Both the position numbers and the translations under genes were made by a program. Below the pieces are notes generated by a model. It ran no database searches. It worked only from the letters and a program-made list of their open reading frames with translations, and was not told the DNA's origin. A stretch of DNA of 60,769 nt, the filler included, from Hausera hauseri (taxonomy: Eukaryota), in the NCBI GenBank assembly GCA_046269625.1. It is 12 parts of 12 records of this genome, joined end to end, with 100 filler letters (N's around TTAATTAATTAA, not from the genome) between each part and the next. Parts side by side here need not be neighbours in the genome. Positions count along the whole stretch, not along the records: positions 22,359 to 26,535 come from JBJURY010718546.1; positions 26,636 to 32,975 come from JBJURY010110652.1; positions 33,076 to 38,510 come from JBJURY010256070.1; 9 more parts are not named here. One strand, given 5' to 3'. Below, one piece after another: positions 25,901 through 37,579 of the stretch (the stretch's first letter is position 1; every line of letters starts with the position of its first letter).

Positions 25901-26380
25901 CTCTTGTTATCCTGACTTTCCTCAGCTTCACAGATCAGCTTTGCATGCTCTTCATGCAGCCATTCTACTATATTGGCGTTTCCCAATATTGGCCTATTTT
26001 TGGTGTTCTAGGCTCTATTGGATTCTTCGCCATTAACATTGATGCATGTGGCCTCCAGTTTCATGTTAACATTAAGGGCCTTGAGCTCAGCTGTTATCCT
26101 GGAGAATTCCCTCTGTTTCTTCTTTTGTATATTCCAGGAATTCCTTGATGGTTGTTTGGTCAATTGCATCAATAACATATCTGCGGAATTTTTTCTTTAA
26201 TGATGCCGCATCAACTGGCCACTGTCTTTGACTTTTTGTTGGAGCCGCTACGCCTGATGCACCTGATGTGCCTGATGCGCCTGATGCTGCTGCGCATGAT
26301 GCGGCTGCTCGTTTCAATTCTATAATATGCTTTGCAGCTGCTGCACCAGATTGTGCAACATAATCCGAGGCAGAATACAC
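22908..26380 (-). pseudogene. Polinton/adintovirus-type protein-primed DNA polymerase B with endonuclease-VII-like zinc insert (decayed)
   Basis: SGWTL; NACVNVHNNDNMCFMY; CYLC...VRDYCHFTGAYRGAACNNCNL; NLSGHDSRFI; KGVFPYEY; ANNLYGSAMSAPLP; KNSVFGKTMEN; KPIYVGMAILDLSK; YMDTDS; KRAKGV; DDKR. Multiple frameshifts. Confidence 0.92.
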
Positions 26381-26635
26381 TTTGTTTTAATGCATCATTT
26401 ACATGAACTTGTTTACATGATGCACTTGACTTGTCAAGGTTTTCATATATGGGAAATCTATTGAGTTCATCAGGTTCTTCGAATAACGTACACTTTATCG
26501 ATTTTTTAAGTTCGGATCGATTATTGTTCGATTTANNNNNNNNNNNNNNNNNNNNNNNNNNNNNNNNNNNNNNNNNNNNTTAATTAATTAANNNNNNNNN
26601 NNNNNNNNNNNNNNNNNNNNNNNNNNNNNNNNNNN

Positions 26636-26760
26636 GTTTTGTAGCTTTACTGGAGCGCCTTTAGCTGCGACCGCTCTGCTCGGCGTCCTCTTCACTACTG
26701 ATGGAATTACAGTGTTGATACCTCTCTATATAGGGTTTGAGTGATGACGTCACAGTGCCC
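26636..26760 (-). promoter_or_regulatory. CRE + TATA core promoter pointing into the gap
   Basis: The minus strand reads TGACGTCA, then TATATAG about 12 nt later, then a CpG-containing leader running to the contig end. Confidence 0.4.
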
Positions 26761-29453
26761 TTCCAGCATCCCGTTGTTCACCATTAAGCTTTCATACAGT
26801 GATAAATCAAACTATTTTTAATTGTTTAAAAGGATTGATTGATTGATGTTGGTGTTTCAGCATCAATTTACACAGAACAGAAACATACAAATACATTTAT
26901 TACAGGGAAGAAAGAAACAAGACTTTAAAGCAATATAATGCAAACATAAGATACAAATATCTGAAATTATATACACATATTAGAACAACAGTAAAGAATA
27001 AGTGTAATATGTTTGAAAATTGAGGGAAAGCTATTTTATTTGTATAGTTGATTTACATGAAGAAACATTATTGAAATAAAAAAAGAGCTCTCTCATCCTT
27101 CTAAGTAGGAGAACTTGCACAATCAGTGGCTGACTAAATGCTTTTTGGCCTCACTGTATATAATACAATTGTATACTGTATACAATGGATCCCTGCGAAA
27201 CTTTCTGCATAAAGAGAAACTGAGAATTAAATCACCATTTATCTCCAGTATTTTTAAACACAATCACTTTCAGATCCTCTGGTATTTATTTAAACATGAA
27301 TGTTTATTAAAACATGTCAATACATAAAATCGCACTGAATTTTTTACATTAACAAAATATGTATACAAACTAGACATACCTCAATTCCTATATTTTTGGT
27401 GCAGTTTGGTCTGAGGATGAAGAAAGATTGTTTGCAAGTGCTGGTGGATGCTGATCAGATCAGCAATGTGACCGTTGACACATCAGTCTGGTCAGAGGAA
27501 GATCTGCAGGCCTCTGCATGAATGGGCAGTGATGCAAGTTACAACGTCATCAGTATGAGTGAATTACTGGAGCAGCTGGAAGACATGTTGAAGAAACAGA
27601 CCATGGAGACCTGAGAACCACATCTTTGCAGAGAACCAGCCTGGATTCTTTTGAAGAACTTGAAGCCATGCTGGCAGGAACAGAGAAAGGTGGTAGTGGA
27701 GATGAACAGTTTCAGACAGGATAACCTCTTGGAAGTGAGTTCAAGAAGAGCAATGCAGAGTTCCTGCTGAGGTGGATGAGCTTGGCACAAGATAACACTG
27801 GGCACCAACACATTGGCTTCATGAATGCCTCTCTAAATTGGGTTTATTTAAACATCACTCTCCTTTTATCAAGAAATCTCATTTGTTTGCTTTGTTGGTT
27901 CATCACAAAACATAAATTACAAAATGTAAATAATATAATATAACAATGTAGTACACAGGTAAAAAGAGTCCATAAATGCGTAGAAAAACACACTCAGCTT
28001 TCTTGTTTCTCACAGCTCAACAGAATATCAGACAGAAATCAAATATTTAACACATCACCACGTACTTATATTAACTTAATTTAAACATGGGAACAAACAA
28101 AAGAAGGTAAAGCTGCTAAATTCTAAAATGGCTAATAAACCTCACAGAAAAGCCATTTCATAAAACCACATTTAGATATCAAGTTCAATTGTTAGAATAC
28201 AGTTGTGAAACACTAGTTAACTGGTTAGAACACCTCACATCTGCCACTTTACACTCAGAATCCCAATGCTGTCCATTTAACAGCTAATAAGCATTAACTC
28301 AATTCGCAGCTAAACTCCAGTGTACAAATACTGACTAATAAAGTGTTTTAACTCGTTTTAAATGATTTTGGTGCATTTTAGCACATAATTCAGCCGAAAA
28401 ACAGTATTTAAAGCCTTCACGAATCTTGATTGAAAATCAAAGCTTCAATAGTTAGTCAAGGTACAGACCGCGCTACACTGCCATCTATTGGCAGTACCAG
28501 AAACAACAGGCATTATTGCTTTAGGCATTGAATTGAAGTGCTTTAAAAGAATGTTAAAGAGCACAAATAAAAAAATAATCAAACAGAATTATTAACACAA
28601 ATGTGACCGCACTTGGTGGGTGTCACACTAACCTCTCATGCTGGGCATTGAGCTGTTCTCCAGGCTTTTCTCTTGGTGCCAAACCGCTGAAGGTACAGGT
28701 CCAGATCATCCAGCACCTTGTCCAGCTGATGGAGACATGGATGAAAACATCTTCTGAAAGTGAATTGATTTGAAAGACTAAAACATGGGCAAAAGTATGT
28801 GCACAGCAAGTCTTATTAGCTGGTTGAGTAATGTCAGGTGCACTTATTGCAGCAGAATGGGTCATACTAGGTACCTTGTTCAACCATCAATTTGACTCAA
28901 TAATGGGGACACATGTCGAGCTTCCCAATCTGCTCATTTTTTTTGCATTAATGCTACACTAAAGTGCCATTAATCTTATGTGCAAATGTATGGAAGCAAC
29001 AACAGCTGAGCCTTCGATCCACACAAGCTCATGAGGTCTCTGGGAAGACCATCAGCAAAAAAAAATGTTTTGATCAAATCTGAACATGTAAAGGTTACAC
29101 AGTTGCTCAAAGGTCTTAGAAACTAATTCCCAAAGTCAGCTGTCAATTGGCATGGGGTAAAGTACAGAACCACTGGAGAAGCAGAAACATTTTAGTGGTT
29201 TCTGATTTGCTGTCATCCATTGATATTGTAGAGTTTTTTTCCAACCGACCCACATGTTTTTTCACATGTTTCTTTGTTTGTTTTTATTATAAACTTCATA
29301 AAGCCTAAATGGATTAAAAAATTTTAAATATGTTTTAAATTATGTGAGCCACTTATCTGCTTTGGTTTGAAATATCCTGTTTTTGGAGTTTTATACATAC
29401 CCTATACATAATTAGTGCTTACACACACAACAAGTGGTTTGTGTAATCTGCAA

Positions 29454-29484
29454 GTGTCCACAAACTTTTGTTCATGTAATGTAC
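29454..29484 (+). mobile_element. Tc1/mariner terminal inverted repeat remnant (fish-type)
   Basis: gtgtccacaaacttttgttcatgtaatgta resembles the Tc1 end ...GTCCACAAACTTTTGGCCATGTAGTG-TA. Confidence 0.5.
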
Positions 29485-30817
29485 ATTATTGAATGTGAAA
29501 TACATTAAATGTATATTTAGTATAAATAATTTTTTGTGGAAACAATAATAATAATGTGGCACAATCATGTTGTGTGTATATTGTACATAGTTACATATTG
29601 TAGTTTATTTATTTATTTTAATATAAAAATGTATTTCTATTATTACGTTTATCTATTCTATAAACATGACATCATCGACATCAATTCTTTCTACATGTTT
29701 CCTGGTAGGGTTACAGTGGTTATGGTGCTGGAAAAAAACTGCTTTTGGTGCCACCCAATGAGAAGTAAGAATAAGATAGAGACAAACCACTCAGATCAAT
29801 TTATCCAAATATATATGAAAAATAAGAACAATTTTGATCATTTAATAAACACAGATCATTCATTTGGGAAATTGGATTCAAAGAATTTAGCTGGGTTGCC
29901 TTGTTCGATAAATCGTTATTATCATTTATGTTGCTCAAACTGAACTGATAATTAACATTGGGAAGTGACACAGTCTGACTCTAAAATCGTATTGTTTAAA
30001 TTTTAAAAACTCATCACTGGTACATTCAAGTGGTATATTAGATTCAGTTTCACTAGCATTTTTGGTAGTTTAGATACTGTCTCAAAAAGGAATCTAGGAT
30101 CATTTTCTCTATTAAGGAAGAATAATATAAAGCTTTAGCTTTCAGAAGTAATGGATATTGAAGTCTCCAACAATTAAGGTCCGTTCTATTGATAAGACTA
30201 ATCTATAAAGAAAATCATGTAGAAATTCTGAGGACCAAGTGGTCGATACATAGTAACTAGTTTAAACATACTTGTTTTAGCAAAAATGTTCTTGACCATG
30301 TTGGCTATAAGAACCTCAAACAAGTTAGCTGTAGAAGTTGATGACCATGACCGCTAAGATGTGGCTTGGCAATATGTAATATAGTTGAGTAGGATTCACA
30401 AAAGCCATATTGCTTTTTCTAAACAGCAGCCTAGTTGAAATGACTTCAAATATTCTACCAATTTGCATGCATCTTTTTAAGTAGATCCAGCCCATTATTT
30501 TAAGTGTAGAGTCACTTTTATGGTTAAACAAGTTTAAAAAGGATTTTGTTAATCCATTTGTAGACATGGTAGGTGCCATGCCTTGTGGAGAGGCCGCAAG
30601 AAGTAAAGTGCCCACTGTGGCAGACAACTGACGTCCAATGCAGGTTTATCAAGTCCCAGTGCCCACTTACCGTGCTCGTGACCATCCCAAATCTCATATT
30701 ACCGCCAACCAGAACCTTAGGTTGGGGTGGGCAAGAATTTGCTTTGGTCCTGTTAGCTGTAAGAATCTACAAGGGTGTCCAGCGAGTCCGGTTCAGTTTC
30801 CGCCATGCACGGTTACA

Positions 30818-31070
30818 TTTGAGGGTCTGGTTCAGTTTCTGCCGGTTTCGGTTCTGTCTGAGGGTCCGGTTTCAGTTTCACCAGTCTTAGTTCTGTCCAA
30901 CGGTCCCGTCCAGCACCTGCCGGCTTCGGCCTTGTTTGGGGCTTTGTTTCAGCTTCCGTTGACTACGGTTCTATTTGGGGGTTCAGTTAAGATTCTGTTG
31001 ACTCCTGTCTCATCTGAAGGTTTGCTCTAGGCTTTATCGACTCCAGTCCCATCTGAGGGTCTGATCTGGG
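30818..31070. repeat. Degenerate 39-bp tandem repeat (about 6.5 copies)
   Basis: Units begin tttgagggtc / tctgagggtc / tccaacggtc / tttggggctt / tttgggggtt / tctgaaggtt / tctgagggtc at a 39-bp period. Confidence 0.7.
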
Positions 31071-31790
31071 TTTCTTTCGAACACTAATTTTGAGTCTGAG
31101 GTATAATCTTTATTGTGTTCAATTTTCTGATTTCCTAAAGTAAACGTCTGTTTGTTATCCTGAGATATGGATCTTTTCTGAAATATGATTTTAGTCTTTT
31201 TGAGGTCGACTGTACTTCAGTAGCAGCTCCAGTTGATCCTTGGAGGACAGCAGGACATGATCATGTGAATGCTTGTCAATGCATGTCAATGCTTCATTGA
31301 TCCCCAAATAGAAATTATTATTAAAATGAGCATATTTCAGTTATAAGAATTATCACCAGAATATGACCACATGTAGTACATGAAATAACATGATTAATAC
31401 AGCAATGTAATGCCAAAATAAGAAGTAAAAATCTAAAATTATATTGAAAATATGAGAAAATAAAATATTAGACCTCTAACACATAAATGTTAATCACTGC
31501 CAAAAATAAAAATAGCTTCATTTGATTTTGATCACAGAGCAATTTAAAGTGCTTCACATTAGGACAATTTAAAATTAAAATTAAAATTTGGTTAGGCCTA
31601 CCCTCCATCTCCTGGGTGGATGCTGCTGCCCTGAATGATCCTCTTTCCCCCTTATTTATTTTAAAATGAGACCTAGTAATACCAATAATAAACTATCATA
31701 GAGTTAATCATATTTATTGTCAGCTTTATATTTCTTTCCTAGACAAGAAAAAAAAAATCTCCTTCAGTATAGGGTCACTATTATTGCAGT

Positions 31791-32180
31791 GGGCGGCACG
31801 GTGGCTCGGTGGGTAGCACTGTCGCTTCACAGCGAGAAGGTCCCGGGTTCGATCCCCGGGTGGGGCGATCTGGGTCCTTTCTGTGTGGAGTTTGCATGTT
31901 CTCCCCGTGTCCGCGTGGGTTTCCTCCGGGTACTCCGGTTTCCTCCCACAGTCCAAAGACATGCTACCAGGTTAATTGGAGACACTGAATTGCCCTGTAA
32001 TGAATGAATGGTTCCCTCCTAGGGGGAGGGGTGGAGAAAGCAATGGCAAACTACTCCACTATCCTGCCAAAATACTTCATGGATCACAACGAAACACTTT
32101 CAAATAGGAAGGTGTGGAGAACAATGATCCATAAAGTGACCGAGAGTCGGCTGCGACTGAACGGATAATCAAATCAAAAA
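31791..32180 (+). mobile_element. tRNA-derived V-SINE (HE1/DANA-like) followed by an RTE/Bov-A-like tail
   Basis: A box TGGCTCGGTGG; B box GGTTCGATCC; V-domain TCTGTGTGGAGTTTGCATGTTCTCCCCGTG...CTCCGGTTTCCTCCCACAGTCCAAAGACATG; (TGAA)n; then GGAGAAAGCAATGGCAAACTACTCCA...GAGTCGGCTGCGACTGAACG. Confidence 0.88.
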
Positions 32181-32897
32181 ATATACACGTTCATACCTGA
32201 GATATCCCCAAATCATATTTTGTAAACTGGTATCCATTATACATAATACGTTTTATTTGATGTAAACACTAACCCTTAGAGTTTAAATCTCAGTAGTGCT
32301 ACCACTCAGTTATGCATCTGCACATACATGATTGTCTGAGGTGGTGGTGGCCAAAACAGCCAGGCCATCAGGAGGTTCACTTGTCAGTGCACTCTCAGTG
32401 CTGATCCCAAGATAAAAAAAAAGATTTTTACAAAGGCCATACCATCAGATAAGCAAACACCAGCATATTGGAACAAGCAAAACAAGTAATATGTTCTAAA
32501 ATATATAACAAGCTGATTTATAAGGTGAAACAAATGTATCAACCAATCAACATTCTCTGTAACAGTCAGGGCCAGTAAGTCTAAAATACTTTTGTCTAAA
32601 AAATCTACAAAATTTCTTCTCAGAAATATGGCGTATGATTTACTATTAAAAATGATTCTGTACATTACTTTTTTAATGGTTCTCATTTAATTCGATTTTT
32701 ATTTTAACTGGATGTAAATTACAATTCTTCCGAATGTCGTTCCACAAATGTTACAGTTCACTTTTCAGTTACTTTCCGAAGTTCGATCGGGATAAAATTT
32801 TGAATGAATTTTACCATCCTTTCAAGACAAACCTACCGTGATTTTAATAGCACATAATGTCATGCTGGAAAAGAAACATTAATCCTAAACTATTAAA

Positions 32898-32931
32898 TAC
32901 TAGCTCAATTGTACCCGGCGTTGCCCAGGTT
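32898..32931 (+). mobile_element. Probable Helitron terminal motif
   Basis: TACTAG followed by the hairpin-like acccggcgttgcccagg, a motif common at non-autonomous Helitron ends. Confidence 0.45.
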
Positions 32932-33075
32932 AGGAAGAAATTGTTATAAATGAATATTAAGGAACATATGATAACNNNNNNNNNNNNNNNNNNNNNNNNN
33001 NNNNNNNNNNNNNNNNNNNTTAATTAATTAANNNNNNNNNNNNNNNNNNNNNNNNNNNNNNNNNNNNNNNNNNNN

Positions 33076-34072
33076 AATCTTCCAGCGTTTGCACCAAAAC
33101 AATTTGCAAATCAATTTCTACAAATTTTCCTTTTTTCAACATAAGGTAAACTTCATAGGACATGTTATTAGCTCCTCCGGACATGCACCTCAGCCAGAGT
33201 GCATTACACAGCTCAAAAACATATAAATACCACGTACATCAACAGAGATGCGTTCTTTCCTCGGAACCTTGCACTTTATTCATAAGTATATTCCACACTG
33301 CTCCACTCTAGCCGCTCCATTTCCCTCACCTCGCTCTGGTAAGAAAAAACAGCCTATTCAATGGTCCACTGAGCTAGTCAACGCTTTTGATAACCTCAAA
33401 GACAACTTAAAAACCGTGAAAATGTTGGCTTATCCCGACTCCCATGCAACACTCTTCTTAACCACGGACGCATCTGCAACAGCTACAGGTGCTGTCCTCC
33501 ATCAGTTGAAAAATAGATCCCATGAGCCATTAGAATTCTTTTCTCGTATATTAAAGGCACAAGAGCAAAGATATTCCACCTTTAATAGGGAGTTGCTTGC
33601 AATGGTCCTTGACGTAAAGCACTTTAAGCATATGCTAACCGCACTAGACATTACATTAGAAACGGAGCACAAGCTCTTGCTTCAAATTCTCACATGAAAT
33701 CGCCTTCTCCACGTCAGGAAAGTCAAATATTGTATTTCTCCAAATTTAATTTTGAAATTAAGCACTTAAACGGAGTCGACAATTTAGTAGTTGACTTTTT
33801 GTCCCTATCGGTCGACTCGATTGATTTTACACCAATTTTCTCCCAGTCCAAACTTCAGCAAAACTAGCTACCTCCTGACATTCTTAAATCTTATAAATCG
33901 TGCAAAACCATCGATGGTGTGGCCTTTGACACCACCAAACCTAATAATCCTAAAATTATTCTTTCCGAATCGCTTCAAAAAGAAGAATTCGGCAACATCC
34001 ATTCGTTGCATCATCCCGGTGCCAAGGCCACTTTTCGACTCTTACAACGCCAAGTAGTATGGCCGTCGATGC
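33076..34072 (+). mobile_element. pol: CsRn1-like Gypsy fragment G (RT end, RNase H, integrase zinc region)
   Basis: Aligns closely with 2555-3530. TTDASAT, EPLEFFS, HHPGAKAT. Cut after WPSM by a TGTGG end at 34073. Confidence 0.9.
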
Positions 34073-35325
34073 TGTGGAATAATATAGAAACACAAATAAT
34101 ATTCCAACGATAAATAGACGGCGAAAATATTAGCTAAAAATCAGAACTAAAATGGTAGAAAATATCGATTTATTTAAATTTAACTAAAGTGTCAATATTT
34201 TTTTCTATATTAATACCAGTTTTAACGACAGAAATCTGCACTGAAACGGACTGACGACAAACTCTCCTCAATAAATCACATGTCCACAAGAGATAAATAC
34301 AAAAATAAACGTTCGCAACTTTAAAATAAATGAAGACATATTAACAAAACGATTCAGAAATAAACTATGCAGCAAATTAATTATAGCGGATAAAACGTTA
34401 GAAGATCAAATGTTTACTGCTCTTGATAGAGAATTGTAACGTGATTACTGAACTAAATCGGGAGTGCACAGAGAGCGTCTCGAATGAACCCTAAAAGCCT
34501 GACAACAAAACCCAAAATGATAAATCGCCGAGTTTACAACGAAATACAAGATATAAATGTGTAAAATCGATTTCATTTGAAAAAATGTGAAATTGTTAGC
34601 GTGTATATTAAAACGTTGATCCCGAAGAATTGCTTGACCTTGAAAAAAGGGTATTTTGTAAATTTTTGGCAATTATATAACAAAAGAGGTTGGTTAAGTT
34701 CGTCGCACAAAACTTACAGCATTTGTATGATATAAATTTTAAAAGCGACTTTTAGATTTACATTTGTTCATTACTTATGTACAGTTAATTGGATATTTTA
34801 TTATTTATAAATTGTTGAAAGACTGTTGAATCCGTTTTTTCTGTATTTGGTTTATAAGTCTGTCTGGAATTTGAGCGATAGGCACAACGGATGAAGGAGT
34901 CTTGGATTTGTGGCAGACAGCTTGAACAAAGATAGTATACTTTGTATTAATGAATGCACTATAGGAAGTTTTGGGCTGAGTGAATGATTGTGAGTCCTTT
35001 GACAATTTGTCATTTGAGCGATTGATAAATTAGTTTGTGTTGAAACTGTATAGAAGTTGGATTTGAATTTAGTTAGACTGTCAATGGGCATTAGACAATT
35101 TTCTGGAGTCACAAGTAGAAAATACAAATATTTCAAGATCAAAGTTTTGACTCGGTGTAGTAGAAATTTGTTGATGGTTTCGGTGATTGGTGATTGATTA
35201 GTTTGACTGCTGGCAAACAAATTGGAGAGCAATGATCAAATCAAGTAACCTGCGCCGGTATATCGGCGTTTAACGATATTCATATATGTCGACATAAGGG
35301 TTGTGCCCTCAACCGCGGCACTACA
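34073..35325. repeat. 1.25-kb segment bounded by LTR-like ends TGTGGAA...GGCACTACA
   Basis: Both ends abut Gypsy coding sequence. Orientation is unresolved: it could be the 3' LTR of copy D or an independent insertion. Confidence 0.35.
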
Positions 35326-37579
35326 TAACACCCGTGGCAAAGTAAAAACTATAGAAAAACTGAGTGGAATAAAAACGCAAAAGGAAAAGCGTTTGATGTC
35401 TCCTCGGTTTTGATGTGTATAAGGCGTTTAATACGTTCTATGAATTTTCTCTGCTATAGGCACTGAATGTCACTCTGAGTACTTTGTTCGAACGCATAGT
35501 GTTTTATTGCGGAGCTGTAGTTTGGGGCTGAAGTTTTGTAAAATTTGGGTTCATCATCCAGTGTTGCTTGTGTTGAAGAAGTTGAAGCTGAGAAAGGAAA
35601 GAAATCAAGCAAAGGAGACGAAGTAAGAGATGGAAATGAAGTAGACGATGAAGGTGAAGAGAGCTATGGAGGCGTGTCAGGCAATAGGAGGAAAAAGAGC
35701 AAAGGAGGTGTAATAGGCGATGAAAGTGGAGCAGACGATGGAGAAAGTGAAGGTGATTGTCTGTGACACAAAGATTACTGCTGAAACGGAGCAAAATTAT
35801 CGAGAAAGTTAGAAGATGAATTGAAGGAAACAGGAGTAGAGGAAGAAGTAAGGAGTCCGGATTATCACTGACGAAGAAGGCAAGCTTGAGATCTGAGATG
35901 TGGACGTTATGAGATATGTCTTTGCGTAAGATGGTAGCTGTATGAGAACAAAGGTTGAGAAGTTGTATGGCCCAATGTACTGGGACGAAAACAGGAAGGC
36001 GACTGGTCTTTTAGTCATACAAACTCTGCGGAGTACTAATCCTCTGAAATATATGATTTGTTATTATTTATGAGGCGGTAAAATGGATCCGAAATGACCT
36101 CAATGAAGTCTGACTGTGCTGCAAAAATGAGTTCATTTATCGGGTTTCCGTCGAGGTCAGACAACTCAAATAGGGTCACTATTGGAGTTCTTAAAAGTGC
36201 CTCAGCTGGGGGTACAGCCCGTGGTAGTAGAAGACGTGTTGCATCAGCCTAAGGAACGAAAGGTAAGATGGAAATCCAACTGTGGTTTTCATGTGCTACG
36301 ATTTTCAAGGAGATTTTCATCGTACGGTGAAATATTTCGAGTATCCCGTTTGTTTTGGGATGGTACGGTGTTGCATGGAAATGATATCCCGAAGCATTTA
36401 CGAGTAATTTAAAAACTAGACTCGAATTGTGGACCTTAATCCGTTATGATATGACGTGGGGAGCCAAAACTGCTGAACCAGATTTTTATGAAGGCATCGG
36501 CTACTGAATCAGTACTAGTTGAACGCAGTGGTACGGCTTCAGGCCTGCAAGAAGCACGGTCCATCATAGTTAAGACATACTGATATCCATTATAGGATAG
36601 CAAAGGGCCAACGAGATCAAGGTAAACGGTATATAAGCGTGATGTATAAGAGAAATGGAATAGTGGTGGTTTAAGATGTTTGGAGATTTTGCACTTCTGA
36701 TAGGCTACCAATTGCTTAACTGAGTCCTGTACATCTATGCGCATTGATGGCATACAACGTGATACTGGAGCAAGCGAAACGTTACTTTCGAACCCGGATG
36801 ATGGAGTGAATGAGTGTGAAGGAAAGCTGGCTTTTGCGAAGAAGGAGCGAGAATGACTTTTTATTGCCGAAGATCGATGTATCATATGCAGTGCCATCAA
36901 TAATTTAAAAAGATTCAAAGGAATTAAGATTATTAATGTATGGCTTTTGATTTTAGGATTTCGGAAAAAATATCGGCTCAATCGTAACTGAGCTGACCGA
37001 TCGCGATAGAAAATCCGCGACCAAATTATCAATACCCGAAATATATTTTACAACAAAATTGAGTGTGGACAGGTACGATATCTGTCGTTGTTGCTTCGGT
37101 GATGGTTATTTTAACGACATGATGTGCAGGAGAGTCATGTAGTCAGTGTGAATAACAAACGGACGAGGGAGAAGGAGATGCTTGAAAATACTTTACTGCC
37201 AGAACTATGACTAGTAGTTCGCGGTCAAACGTTGAGTTTTTTTCCGATGGTTAGTTTTTATGAGTAGAATTCTAGAGGCTCATTGACATTGTTGGATATT
37301 TGGTGTAGTATCGCACCAATAGCTGTGGTGGAGATATTTGTGGTGAGTATGAGTTGTGTGTCAGGTTTTGGATAGGCTAGAATTTCAACGGTTTTTAAAT
37401 CTTCGCGTAAGTAATTGAATTTGTTAGCAATAGTTGTACTATGGCTGGATGCGGCCGGCCTATGCTGCCCACAGCGGCCGGCGCCCTCTTCCCCGTTTGG
37501 TTGGACACGGCCGGGCGTCCGTTGTCGCCGCGTCGGGTCCATAGGCGGGCCGCATTCTTCCTCATCTAAGGTTTCCGTA
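35326..37579 (-). mobile_element. pol: CsRn1-like Gypsy copy D: GC-rich terminal unit, deletion, RNase H, full integrase with GPY motif and Ser/Pro-rich tail
   Basis: LKTVEILAYPK, EPLEFYS, STFDRELL, VYLDLVGPL, RPEAVPL, FGSPRHIITD, YIGPY. Confidence 0.88.
37461..37579 (-). repeat. About 118-bp GC-rich LTR-like unit, homologous to 58401-58518
   Basis: Shared core ctatggaNccgacgcggcgaNaacggaNNNccggccgNgNccaaccaaa...ccggccgcNgtgggcaNcaNa. Confidence 0.8.

Noticed and set aside
31791-31865. tRNA gene
   Set aside because: The A and B boxes run directly into the V-SINE core, so this is a SINE head.
35545-35766. Acidic Glu/Gly-rich ORF
   Set aside because: It is the antisense of the Ser/Pro-rich tail that follows the integrase of copy D.
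37447-37579. Self-cleaving ribozyme
   Set aside because: The region is structured, but no hammerhead (CUGAnGA/GAAA) or HDV core could be placed.
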